This document shows, one piece after another, positions 9,710 through 19,421 of a stretch of 64,000 bases of DNA. Where the stretch lies: the NCBI GenBank assembly GCA_963769935.1, contig CAVYNY010000018.1, positions 32,001 to 96,000 on the forward strand, in the 5' to 3' direction. Numbering within the stretch: the first letter of the stretch is position 1; each line of letters begins with the position of its first letter. This stretch comes from an uncultured delta proteobacterium. Lineage in GTDB: Bacteria; Desulfobacterota; Desulfobacteria; Desulfobacterales; JAFDCJ01. A model generated the notes under the pieces. The model was not told the DNA's origin. It worked only from the letters and a program-made list of their open reading frames with translations, and made no database searches. The position numbers and the translations under genes are program-made.

Positions 9710-10567
9710 ATGCAAAACAAAGAAAAAGAAACCATCCGGCAAGTGGTACGCGAGCGCTACGGCAATATCGCAAAATCTGCTGCGACCGGCAGCGGTAAAA
9801 GTTCAATGCCATCCTGTTGCGGGCCATCCGAGGCCTCAATCTCAACCAGCCTGGGATCTTCCTGCTGCGGGGGGTCGCAATTCACCCCGCAACAAATCTC
9901 CACGCTCATGGGGTATTCCAAGGAAGACTTCAGCAGCGTCGCTAAAGGTGCCAACATGGGGCTGGGTTGCGGCAACCCGGTGGCGTTGGCCTCGCTGAAA
10001 TCCGGGGAAACGGTCGTAGACCTTGGCAGCGGAGGCGGTTTTGACTGCTTCCTGGCGGCCAGACAGGTGGGAGAGAGCGGACGGGTCATCGGCATCGATA
10101 TGACGCCCGATATGCTCAGCCAAGCCAGGATGAACGCAGAAAAAATGGGCACCACCAATGTCGAGTTTCGCCTGGGTGAGATCGAAAACCTTCCGGCGGC
10201 TGATAACACGGCGGATATCATCATGTCCAACTGCGTCATCAACCTGTCGCCGGATAAATTGAAGGTTTACCGCGAAGCCTTTCGGGTGCTTAAACCCGGC
10301 GGACGTTTGGCCATTGCCGACATTGTCGCCACGGCGCCGCTGCCCCCCGATATTCAGCAAAACCTGGCGCTGGTGTCCGCCTGCATCGGGGGTGCCGCAA
10401 CAGTTGACGACACCAAGCAAATGCTGCAGGAAGCCGGATTCGAGGATATCAGGATCACACCCAAAGATAAAAGCCGCAAACTCATTTCCCAGTGGGTGCC
10501 GGGATTTAATAAAAACGCCGGAGATTATGTCGTTTCAGCCTACATCGAAGCTGTCAAACCGGTTTAG
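9710..10567 (+). CDS. arsM: arsenite S-adenosylmethionine methyltransferase
   Basis: N-terminal CC pairs, GLGCGNP, DLGSGGGFDC, SNCVINLSPDK, ACIGGA. Confidence 0.9.
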   Translation: MQNKEKETIRQVVRERYGNIAKSAATGSGKSSMPSCCGPSEASISTSLGSSCCGGSQFTPQQISTLMGYSKEDFSSVAKGANMGLGCGNPVALASLKSGETVVDLGSGGGFDCFLAARQVGESGRVIGIDMTPDMLSQARMNAEKMGTTNVEFRLGEIENLPAADNTADIIMSNCVINLSPDKLKVYREAFRVLKPGGRLAIADIVATAPLPPDIQQNLALVSACIGGAATVDDTKQMLQEAGFEDIRITPKDKSRKLISQWVPGFNKNAGDYVVSAYIEAVKPV

Positions 10568-10789
10568 TGGATGATAGTCTGATTTTATTTTCTACTCCGT
10601 TCCATCCATATAAAAAGAGATCTAATTCCGCCAAACCCAGTATTCCCTGGCCCAGACCGTTTTTAACCTAAACCCAATTTTAGCTATTTTTTTTCTGGAC
10701 AGGACAAACGTGCTTTAAATTCTCAGTACGTGGCACCAGGGCGGGCCATCACTCCACGGCATAGATTCACGGCAAAGCCAATCTCCTCT

Positions 10790-10900
10790 GACCTGGTCCA
10801 CGCCGATGTGGGTTCGGTGCATGATTTCAACTATTTCCCGGTCGATGTTTTTGGGCAGAACACCGCATTTTTCCCAGATTTCGTAGCGGGGTGCCGGCAA
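10790..10900 (-). pseudogene. cooS: internal fragment of anaerobic CO dehydrogenase catalytic subunit
   Basis: RYEIWEKCGVLPKNIDREIVEIMHRTHIGVDQ matches the CooS W..G..P..IDRE..E.MHRT..GVD segment; flanks are not homologous. Confidence 0.65.
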
Positions 10901-11011
10901 TCATCCGAATGAAGTTGCGGCCGGCAATCGTATTGGGTAGGGATGCATCTTTATTTTTTCCCTTCCGCCAACTTGCTTATATCCCGCGGCATGCGCCTCC
11001 TCCTTTGGTAA

Positions 11012-11383
11012 TCAAACCCAGTGGCCTTCCACGTCAGCCTCAGCGGAGGTTTCAAGTTCTCCGTTGTTAAATTGCGCGATGGCATCGGCCACCGTTCCGG
11101 AGGCGCCGGTCATTACCTTAACGCCGGCGTGCTGCAGCACCTTAAAAGCCTTCGGCCCGCAATGGCCGGTAATCAGCACATCAATATGATGGTCAATGAT
11201 GGTCTTGCCCGCCTGAATGCCGGCCCCTTGGGGCAGATTGAGGTTCTGGCTGTTTTCCACAACTTCAAACGCCTTGGTTTCCGGCTCAACGATGATAAAA
11301 TAGGCTGCCCGCCCGAACCGAGGGTCCAGATTAGAGTCCAATTCTTTGCCTGTTGATGAGATTGCTAATTTCATTTTTTTCAT
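11012..11383 (-). CDS. NifB/NifX-family (Fe-Mo cofactor-binding-like) protein
   Basis: DPRFGRA.YF, GAGIQA, TGHCGPKAF, C-terminal VEGHW. Confidence 0.9.
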   Translation of the reverse strand: MKKMKLAISSTGKELDSNLDPRFGRAAYFIIVEPETKAFEVVENSQNLNLPQGAGIQAGKTIIDHHIDVLITGHCGPKAFKVLQHAGVKVMTGASGTVADAIAQFNNGELETSAEADVEGHWV

Positions 11384-11679
11384 CCCCTGCGCTTTCGTTT
11401 TTTGAAGATTCAGATGATTACAATTTAATATTGTATATCGTCCTTAAGGCAAAATGCTGCCTATTTATGAGTATATACTCATAATTACCCTAGAGGTTGC
11501 CGACTAAGTTGTCAAGCCTTTTTTTAAGATCAGATAAAGAATCTTGGCCCAGAGGGCCAGGCATTGACTTCACCCCAGCTTCCGGCTCGTAGAGCCTGCA
11601 GCTCGGAGAGAGGGGTGGCGTTTGCCATCAGAGAACCCGTGGAATAATGGAATGGTGGAAAAATGGGATATTGAATATA

Positions 11680-12240
11680 GCGGATCAAAAGCGGAATGTC
11701 TTCTTTACGTTTTCTAAGCGGCGGCAGAACAATAGGAAAAACTTTCAGCCGGTAGTACAAATCATCACGAAAATGTCCCTCCTGAACGCGATTATAAAAG
11801 TCCCGATTGGTCGCCGCAATAATGCGTATATTAACCTTGCGGGTTTTTGAATCACCCACGCGGTCGATTTCGTGCTCTTGCAGCACCCGCAGCAGCTTTA
11901 TCTGAATAAACGGACTGATCTCGCCGATTTCATCGAGGAATACGGTGCCGCCGTCGGCTTCCTCGAATCTTCCGACGCGGTTTTGGACGGCCCCGGTGAA
12001 GGCGCCTTTGACATGTCCGAAGAGTTCGCTTTCCAGCAGCGATTCGGTCAGGGCCGAACAATTGACCGCTATCAGCGGGCAGGTTTTCCGCGCGCTGCGC
12101 TGATGAATCGCTCCGGCAACCAATTCCTTGCCGGTTCCACTCTCACCCATGATTAATATCGTAGCCTCGCTGGCAGCGGCCGCATTAATAGCCGCAAACA
12201 CCTTTTGCATTTCGTGGCTTTTGCCGATCAGGTTTTCCAG
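11680..12240 (-). pseudogene. sigma54-dependent activator AAA+ domain, truncated at both ends
   Basis: [34 protein letters not shown]; no N-terminal sensor domain and no HTH; runs into repeat DNA at about 11680. Confidence 0.8.
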
Positions 12241-12510
12241 CCGGTGCTGGTGGGTTGCTGGGCTCCCCGGTGCATGCCTTGCCGGGCCCAGCACCCCATT
12301 CTGGAAAAAGTGGCCGAGGAATTAAATGGCAAGGCGCTGATTATTTCCCTGAATACCGAAAAGAATCGCGGGGCTGCGTATCGGCTGAACATCCATAGCA
12401 TCCCGACGCTGGTCCTCTTTAAAAACGGCAAAGAAAGGCAGCGCTTTGTCGGTCTGCAAAAAGCTGATTCATTAACTAGAGCGCTGCAGGAAGCTTCATA
12501 TGCTCTGTAA
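12241..12510 (+). pseudogene. thioredoxin, 5'-truncated
   Basis: PVLVGCWAPRCMPCR (WAPWCGPC-like), IHSIPTLVLFKNGKE; no proper start. Confidence 0.75.
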
Positions 12511-12734
12511 CCGTGCCAAAGCTGTTTTGTGTGAACCGGGCTCTTCAATCATAAGAAATTAATGCGGCCGGTAATTAAACAACTATCGGAAAAAGCATAT
12601 GATGAAAAGGAGACATTATTTATGGGTCAATATAGACTGCCATATGTATAATTTGCGAAATTGACAAGCAATGAATATTGTATAATTACTCAACTATGGA
12701 AAAGAAAGAAAAACACAAATTATCGGAGTTGACC

Positions 12735-13817
12735 ATGTCTGATAATCATATCCAGGATCGAGCGGAAGGCGCCATTATAGGTGCCTGGATAGGCGATGCG
12801 CTGGGTCTTGGTCCGCATTGGTATTATAATTTGGAAGAACTTCACCGGGATTATGGCAATTGGATTGACCGGTACACCGATCCAAAGCCGGGCCGTTACC
12901 ATGACGGTATGAAGGCCGGCCAACTGTCGCAGTCCGGCTTCATCCTTGTCCTCATGGTCCGCTCTTTGATTGAGTGTGGTGGTTACGATGAAAAAGATTT
13001 TTGCCGCCGCATGGACCGGGAACTCTTCCCTTTTCTTGATGGCACACCGGTAAGCGGGCCAGGGCGATACACCAGTCAATCTATCAGAGAAGCTTGGCGC
13101 CGCCGCGTACAGCAAGATCTTCCCTGGGGCCAAACCGGAGGCCATGCCGATACAACCGAAGCTGTAGAGCGTACCCTTGCCATCGCCGTCCGCTATGCGT
13201 TCCAGCCCAGCCGGCTCGCCGCTGCAATAACGACCAACACCTTGCTGACCCAGACAGATAACACAGTCGTATCAATGACAGTAGCTTTTGGTGCCGTGCT
13301 TGGACTTCTCGTGCAGGGCCATTCCCTCGACGCCGATCTATCGGGCAAACTGATGGCGCTGGTTAAAAGCGGAGAGTTGCCCTTTCATGCCGTAACCAGA
13401 GACGATTTGAAGCCACCGCGGCCGGGGGATCCGGATCCACCCAGGGCAGGACTTTTCGCCTCACCGGATGCATTGCTGTCGCCGTCATACATGGCCGCAG
13501 CAGCGGTTGATCCGGGAATCCGCATCGAACCCGCCTGGAAGGTTTCCATCGTTTACGGCATGCCGTGCGCCATCTACCACATGCTTCCGGCGGCATACTA
13601 TTTATCGGCACGGTTCCACAACGATTTTGATTCGGCGGTGCTCCATGCCGTTAACGGTGGTGGTCAAAACCAGGTAAGGGCGATTTTAACCGGCGCCCTA
13701 ACCGGGGCTCAGACAGGGCTCTCCGGCATTCCGCAGCGTTTTCTGGACGGTCTTGAAAACATAGACAAGCTTCGTGAAATGGCCGCCGAACTGGCAGTGC
13801 AAGCCGCAAAAGGTTAG
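12735..13817 (+). CDS. ADP-ribosylglycohydrolase family protein
   Basis: GAWIGDALGLG, AVNGGGQNQVRAILTGALTGA; GGAG RBS before ATG 12735. Confidence 0.85.
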   Translation: MSDNHIQDRAEGAIIGAWIGDALGLGPHWYYNLEELHRDYGNWIDRYTDPKPGRYHDGMKAGQLSQSGFILVLMVRSLIECGGYDEKDFCRRMDRELFPFLDGTPVSGPGRYTSQSIREAWRRRVQQDLPWGQTGGHADTTEAVERTLAIAVRYAFQPSRLAAAITTNTLLTQTDNTVVSMTVAFGAVLGLLVQGHSLDADLSGKLMALVKSGELPFHAVTRDDLKPPRPGDPDPPRAGLFASPDALLSPSYMAAAAVDPGIRIEPAWKVSIVYGMPCAIYHMLPAAYYLSARFHNDFDSAVLHAVNGGGQNQVRAILTGALTGAQTGLSGIPQRFLDGLENIDKLREMAAELAVQAAKG

Positions 13818-13820
13818 GCA

Positions 13821-13894
13821 ATCTGTAACTCACTGACCGTTGAATCCAACATTACCGATGTAGGGTGGGCATTGCCCACCGTTAACAGTCAAGA
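13821..13894 (+). repeat. GTAG-type REP-containing dispersed repeat, copy 1
   Basis: GTAGGGTGGGCATTGCCCACC hairpin (13860-13880); near-identical inverted copy at 54357-54429. Confidence 0.85.
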
Positions 13895-14116
13895 TCGGCG
13901 ATATGTGTTGGGCAGTGTCCGCCATCGTTAAAATGCCCATCCAGTAAGCCGCAGCCTCTTGATCGGAAAATGCTTCGGGAACCGGTCGCAATATGGATTT
14001 AAATGCTTTCTTTACGCTCTTTTCCCCGCAGCGGCTCAGCCCCGGCTTTCCCCTGGACTGTCTTGTTGGCCTTTCATTTGTTCAATATATGACTCGGCTT
14101 TCCTTGCCGGAGAACG

Positions 14117-15781
14117 TCATCTGCCCCCTTCCTGGAACAACTCCGCATAGCTCTTGCGCATGTCGCGCTTGAGGATCTTGCCCGTTGGCGTCTTGGGCAG
14201 GGCATCCATCAGCATTACTTTTTTCGGAACCTTGAAGGCGGCCAGATGCTCCCGGCACAAGTTGATGATCTCATCCGGCTCGATGTGCTGCCCTTTTCGG
14301 ACCACCACCATCGCCGTCACCGCCTCCACCCACTTGGGATGGGGAACCCCGATGACCGCCACCTCCTCTACCCGTTTGTCCAGGTAGATGGCCTCTTCCA
14401 CTTCGCGGGTCGAGACGTTCTCGCCGCCGGTCTTGATCATGTCCTTTTTCCGATCCACCACCGAAATGTAGCGATCCTCGTCCAGCACACCGATGTCCCC
14501 GGAATGGAACCAGCCGCCCTTCATAGCCGCCTCGGTTTTTTCCGGATCCTTGAAGTACATGATCATGGCATGGGAACCCCGGCCGCAGATCTCCCCCGGC
14601 ACCCCGACTTCGTTGATGGGCTCCCCATTTTCGGCTTCTAGCCGGGTTTCCATGTTGAGCCCTCCCATGCCCGCGGAACCGAGCTTGCGCAAGGCGTCCT
14701 CGGCCTTGAGAATGGTATGGTAAGGGGCCAGTTCAGTCTGGCCGTAGTAGTTGTAGATCCGGGCACCCGGAAGCCGCTCGAGCATCTCCTTTAGGACCTC
14801 CACCGGCATAATGGACGCGCCGTAATAGCATTTTGTGAGGCTCGTGAGATCGTGTTTGGCGAAATCAGGGTGTCGCAACATGCCGATCCAGACCGTAGGC
14901 GGAGCGAAGAACATGTTGGCCCGATAGTCGGCGATGGTTTTCAGGATTTTGCCGATGTCCGGCATCATGAGGATGTTGGTTCCCCCAACCCAGAACACCG
15001 GATTCAAGAACACATCCCGCTGGGCGCAGTGGTAGATAGGCAGGGCATTGACGTTGATGTCGCTGGGATCATACCCGCCGTCTACGATGCACCCCATGTA
15101 CTGAGCCATCAGGGCCTGGTTGCTGATGATCACACCCTTGGGCAGGGATTCGGTGCCGCTGGTGTAAGTCATCTGGCAGGGATCCTCGATGTGCAGGATG
15201 CTGTCCGGCTCGGTGTCCGCACCGGCGGCATACCAGGACGCGAAGTCGATGAACCGGTCGTCCGCCGGCGCCATGCCGGCCACGTCTCCGGACCAGATCC
15301 AGGTCCTGACCGTGGGCATGTCGTCCGACACGTCTTTGACCAGGTCGTACAGGGCGTCTTCGACGATGAACACCGTGCTTTCGGAATGGTTGATGCAGTA
15401 GCAAATATCCTTTCCCTTCAACAGGTAGTTGATGGCCAGGTAGACGGCCCCAACCTTGCAGCACCCCAACCAGGTGAGGACGTGGTGGATGGTGTTATGG
15501 GCCAGAATGGCCACGCGATCGTATTTTTTCACGCCCAGGCCTCTCAGGGAGTTTGCCACACGGTTGGAGGCGGCCTCCAATTCCGCATAGGTGAGGGCTG
15601 TATCACCGAAAATGAGGGCTTTCTTGTCGGGGTAGTGATAGGCGCTGCGCCGGATCATGTCGGCGATGACCCACCGGTTGACCCGATTGTAACGGTTCCT
15701 GAGAAAGGCCATATTTTCCGGGTTGAGGGTATTGTAACGGGCCTTCTCCGCTTCGGTCAGGGGGTTGGTCATTTCGTGCAT
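14117..15781 (-). CDS. acyl-CoA synthetase (AMP-forming)
   Basis: YTSGTESLPKG, YGQTE, GWFHSGD, DRKKDMIKTGGENV, PKTPTGKILK. Confidence 0.92.
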   Translation of the reverse strand: MHEMTNPLTEAEKARYNTLNPENMAFLRNRYNRVNRWVIADMIRRSAYHYPDKKALIFGDTALTYAELEAASNRVANSLRGLGVKKYDRVAILAHNTIHHVLTWLGCCKVGAVYLAINYLLKGKDICYCINHSESTVFIVEDALYDLVKDVSDDMPTVRTWIWSGDVAGMAPADDRFIDFASWYAAGADTEPDSILHIEDPCQMTYTSGTESLPKGVIISNQALMAQYMGCIVDGGYDPSDINVNALPIYHCAQRDVFLNPVFWVGGTNILMMPDIGKILKTIADYRANMFFAPPTVWIGMLRHPDFAKHDLTSLTKCYYGASIMPVEVLKEMLERLPGARIYNYYGQTELAPYHTILKAEDALRKLGSAGMGGLNMETRLEAENGEPINEVGVPGEICGRGSHAMIMYFKDPEKTEAAMKGGWFHSGDIGVLDEDRYISVVDRKKDMIKTGGENVSTREVEEAIYLDKRVEEVAVIGVPHPKWVEAVTAMVVVRKGQHIEPDEIINLCREHLAAFKVPKKVMLMDALPKTPTGKILKRDMRKSYAELFQEGGR

Positions 15782-15859
15782 GGGGCCTCCTTTTTGGATT
15801 TTATGGTTTCAGGTGGAATGTCAGCCTAAAAGAATCCGTAATTTCTCTCATTGAGTGTA

Positions 15860-15990
15860 GGGTGTCAGATCCTGATCAGTAATTAATCGGTTGCCTTTAA
15901 CCACAAAGCAAAGTGCAACTCCAAATCCTACTTCTATTTAGCAAAACTCAGATAAACATGGCAACTCTTAATCACTAATCAGGATTTGAA
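15860..15990. repeat. inverted-repeat-bounded dispersed element (GGGTGTCA.ATCCTG...TTAATCACTAATCA)
   Basis: Same ends as the element at 37038-37213. Confidence 0.55.
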
Positions 15991-16099
15991 GCAGCGGACC
16001 TCGATCATTGTCTGGATTCACTTTATTATAAGATGAATTCATTCTTTTCAATGACGGTTCGAGTAGGAAAAACCATACACATAGCAGGATGTCAAACGA

Positions 16100-16168
16100 T
16101 GTTATAAATAAAACATGGCTATATATCAATAAGTTACGCAAAATGATAGTTTTGGTATATCGTTTGCA
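16100..16168 (+). promoter_or_regulatory. sigma54 promoter with IHF site and possible upstream activator sequence
   Basis: TGGTATATCGTTTGCA with GG (16154) and GC (16166) at -24/-12 spacing; IHF consensus TATCAATAAGTTA (16124-16136); TGT-N10-ACA at 16100-16115. Confidence 0.7.
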
Positions 16169-16319
16169 GGTACAAATACGAAGGCAAAAGCGATGAATTG
16201 AATGTCTAACTATTGGAAAAGGAGGTGCAAAAGGGGGCGAAACTGAGAATTAACTAGAATTGTCGGAGATAGACAAATCAATAATCATAAATCCATCAAG
16301 CAACCCTAAGGAGGCAAAA

Positions 16320-16604
16320 ATGACAAAAAAATCATTATCCATACTGGTTATGGCTCTTTTTGTAATCTCTATTCTGGCGGTTGCAATTGTGTCCGCCGAT
16401 GAGATGAAAAAAATAACCGGAGTGGTGGATTCCTTTGATCCCGCGACCGGCGAGTTGACCATAAAAGACGATGCCGGCAACGTTCAAAAGCTAAAGGCAG
16501 GTCCAAAGGTGGACATGGAAACCTTGAAAAGCCTGAATCCGGGGGATTCCGTCAGCGTGGAGACCGATAGCAGCGGAGTCATCAATTCGGTTCAAGCCGA
16601 ATGA
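16320..16604 (+). CDS. small exported protein (signal peptide, beta-rich domain)
   Basis: AGGAGG RBS; MTKK + hydrophobic core + VSA cleavage site. Confidence 0.8.
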   Translation: MTKKSLSILVMALFVISILAVAIVSADEMKKITGVVDSFDPATGELTIKDDAGNVQKLKAGPKVDMETLKSLNPGDSVSVETDSSGVINSVQAE

Positions 16605-16697
16605 ACTTCCCCGAGGCAAGCCGCGCAGTATCATTCAACTGATTCCGTGGATTTTACCGCAGTAAGCTATGGGGAATTGAACCCTAAAAGAGATTAA
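16603..16697. repeat. hairpin repeat element (CCCCG..GCAAGC..CG...GGGGAAT family)
   Basis: Related sequence at about 23290-23337. Confidence 0.45.
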
Positions 16698-16735
16698 CCT
16701 AAAAGAAATTAAAATGATCAATCAGCGATAGCAGC

Positions 16736-16762
16736 AAAAGGGGCACTAAGTGCCCCTTTTTG
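16736..16762. terminator. bidirectional intrinsic terminator
   Basis: AAAAGGGGCACT-A-AGTGCCCCTTTTT. Confidence 0.75.
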
Positions 16763-17367
16763 TTTGACAAATAGCAAATTATCGCAAGGAATTTCCAAAT
16801 CCCTCTATTGTTTGGCGGTGAGGCCATCATTGAATGACCGACAAGTCCTAAACTCATTCTGATCCTTTCATTTCTAATCTGAATCCCCCGGATTTCATTT
16901 GTAATTCCTCGACAATTTTTTTCCATTTCCGTTTCAATTTCAGCCGCTTTGACGGTATCTTTCTCCGTCCTTGCAGTGGCGTCTGTATCTTACTTTCCAG
17001 CGATTTTTTTTGATCATTCCCGGATACCGAAAAGCCGCACGGGTACACCCATCCAAACTCAAGATAAGCTTTTTCAGGCCCTTTCAGCGATCTTAAGTAA
17101 AATTTTGGTGTAGGATTTTCCATACAGCAATTGTTCGATATTTTTACGCCTGCCTGGCTTTTTTAGGCTGCAAGCGAAAAATCAAACGATCTTGACTTAG
17201 ACCATTACCTGTGACAAATAATCATTCTATAAAGCTCACTGACAAGTTCCTGACGCTGACTTCTTGGAGCCTGAGGCTGGATGTATCGGGTTATCAGCCA
17301 CTCTCTGCTACTTCCGACAGTTGTGTCCGTTATCCTCTCAAATCGTGACGAAAAAACCGGCCAAGGT

Positions 17368-18822
17368 ATGATGAAATTTACTATTTTAAAAAGACTGATA
17401 TTCGGTTATGCGGCAATCATAATAATGGTAATCGTCTTAGGAGGATATATATCCGTAAAAATGAGTCAATTAAACCATTTCGTACGAGAAATCTATTCGG
17501 TTGACTTTACGATCATTAATCTTACTGAGCGATTACTAGATACATTATTTTCTCAAATGAGTTTTGAAAAAAAATATCTTATTTCAGGAGACCAGGATTT
17601 TTACCAACAATTCTGGGAAAAAAGGGAACATTTTGAGCAGGATATTGGCAAACTCGAGTCGATGATGATGACCCGGAAGAACAAAAAGCTCATTTCAGAG
17701 ACGAAACAACTATACCACAATTATCTCTCTCTTTTTACGGAAGAAGTTCGGGAATTGCAGAAAGATCCCAAATACCCGCGCAAGAAATATCAGGAGGGAA
17801 AAGAAAAATTTGAAGACGAGATAAACGAGGCGCTTAAAACGATAATTAAAATGGCCAGATCGGATCGCGATGCTAAAATCCAAAAATCAAGTCAAATTAG
17901 TTACCAAGCCTTAATTATAACTTACATTACCGGAGGATTGGCCATTGTCGTAAGTATTCTAATTTCCTTTTACAACACCCGCAGCATAAATCAATCTATT
18001 TTGCTTTTAAAGAAAAAAACCAAAGACATTGCTAAGGGAAAATTTGAAAAGATATCAGATATTCACTCACCTCCGGAAATCAAGGAATTGGCTGACGATT
18101 TTAATCTTATGTGTGAGCGGCTCAAAGAATTGGACGAAATGAAAAAAGATTTTATCAGCCACGTATCCCACAATCTGCGCACACCCTTAACGGCAATAAA
18201 AGAGGCTACCGCTATGCTGATCGAGGGAACCTATGCAAATTCCCCCGCAAAGCAACACGAATTGTTAACAATCACCAAAGAAGAATGTGAGAGATTAATC
18301 GATGCGGTTAATCGTATCCTGGATCATTCAAGCATGGAAGCCAAAATGATGAATTATCAGCTCATGGAATCCGATCTTTTGCCGGTACTTCAAAAAAGCG
18401 TCCTAAAGCTGGCACCGATCGCCCAGAGGGAAAAAATCAATTTGGAATTAAGACCACCTTCAGATCTTCCTTCAGTAAAAATCGACAAAGAGCGAGTTGG
18501 TCAAGTAATGGAAAATTTAATCAGCAATGCGTTAAAATTTTCGTCCAATGGGGGCAGGGTTGTCGTAGACGTCCATGTTAAAAATGACGGCGGACATTTT
18601 CTTGAAGTCACCGTGACAGATACCGGATGCGGGATTCCCAAAGAGGCGCTTGAGAGAATCTTCGATAAATTCAAACGGATAGAGGGGGGAGGAAAAACAG
18701 TCATGGGAACTGGCCTCGGCCTCTCAATCGCCAAACATATCATCGCCGGACATGGAGGTAAGATATGGGCAAGAAGCATACCTGGACAGGGAAGCACCTT
18801 TTACTTTACCTTACCGGTTTAG
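17368..18822 (+). CDS. HAMP-domain sensor histidine kinase (GlrK/QseE-like)
   Basis: Two TM segments, HAMP, SHNLRTPL H-box, NLISNALKFS, DTGCGI, GTGLGLSI. Confidence 0.9.
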   Translation: MMKFTILKRLIFGYAAIIIMVIVLGGYISVKMSQLNHFVREIYSVDFTIINLTERLLDTLFSQMSFEKKYLISGDQDFYQQFWEKREHFEQDIGKLESMMMTRKNKKLISETKQLYHNYLSLFTEEVRELQKDPKYPRKKYQEGKEKFEDEINEALKTIIKMARSDRDAKIQKSSQISYQALIITYITGGLAIVVSILISFYNTRSINQSILLLKKKTKDIAKGKFEKISDIHSPPEIKELADDFNLMCERLKELDEMKKDFISHVSHNLRTPLTAIKEATAMLIEGTYANSPAKQHELLTITKEECERLIDAVNRILDHSSMEAKMMNYQLMESDLLPVLQKSVLKLAPIAQREKINLELRPPSDLPSVKIDKERVGQVMENLISNALKFSSNGGRVVVDVHVKNDGGHFLEVTVTDTGCGIPKEALERIFDKFKRIEGGGKTVMGTGLGLSIAKHIIAGHGGKIWARSIPGQGSTFYFTLPV

Positions 18823-19400
18823 TGATAATAGCTTTTGCTATCTTGGGCTGTCTTCATTTTTCAAAAAAGCAGCAGCCCGAACTGCTTCTCGCAAACAGCA
18901 TGCACAAGATGCTTCACGGACAATATGATGAGGCTATGGAGGAAAATTTTACCGTATTAAATAAATATCCAAACGGGTTGGCAGATCAAGCACTTTTCCA
19001 GATAGGACTGCTTTATGCCTGTCCGGAAAATCCAAATCAGGATTACCAGCAGGCCTTGAATGCTTTCAATAAAATTTTAATGGCGTTTCCCGATAGCCCC
19101 CATAGAGACCAGGCACAGGTATGGGTGTTGTTTATCCGGAACCTTTCCGAAAAAGATCGAGAACTCTACCGATTAAATGCGAAGGTCGTCTCGCTGGAAA
19201 AATCGGTTGATGAACAAAAAAATAACATAAATCATCTGCAGGACCAGATCGAAAAATTAAAAGGCGCTGAGATGATTGCCTTCCTTGAAAAAACGATTAA
19301 AGTACAAAAAAAAGAGATAACTCAATTACGGGAACAAATTGAAAAATTAAAACGCGTTGATTTGGGAATTGAAGAAAAAAAACAAAAAGTTTCACAGTAA
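18765..19400 (+). CDS. TPR/coiled-coil lipoprotein (QseG-like position)
   Basis: ILGC lipobox-like motif; lies between kinase and regulator. Confidence 0.7.
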   Translation: MGKKHTWTGKHLLLYLTGLVIIAFAILGCLHFSKKQQPELLLANSMHKMLHGQYDEAMEENFTVLNKYPNGLADQALFQIGLLYACPENPNQDYQQALNAFNKILMAFPDSPHRDQAQVWVLFIRNLSEKDRELYRLNAKVVSLEKSVDEQKNNINHLQDQIEKLKGAEMIAFLEKTIKVQKKEITQLREQIEKLKRVDLGIEEKKQKVSQ

Positions 19401-19421
19401 AGCGAATAAATAGAGGAAAAA

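Noticed and set aside
11012..11383. Nitrogen fixation
   Set aside because: NifX-like proteins are widespread without nitrogenase; no nif genes in the window
11530..12294. Intact 254-aa sigma54 activator
   Set aside because: Both termini are translated from foreign DNA (thioredoxin antisense and a repeat); it is a fragment
14852..15829. 325-aa plus-strand ORF
   Set aside because: Antisense shadow of the acyl-CoA synthetase; no motifs
16699..17123. Two short minus-strand ORFs
   Set aside because: No recognisable motifs or convincing support; not ruled out, but not called
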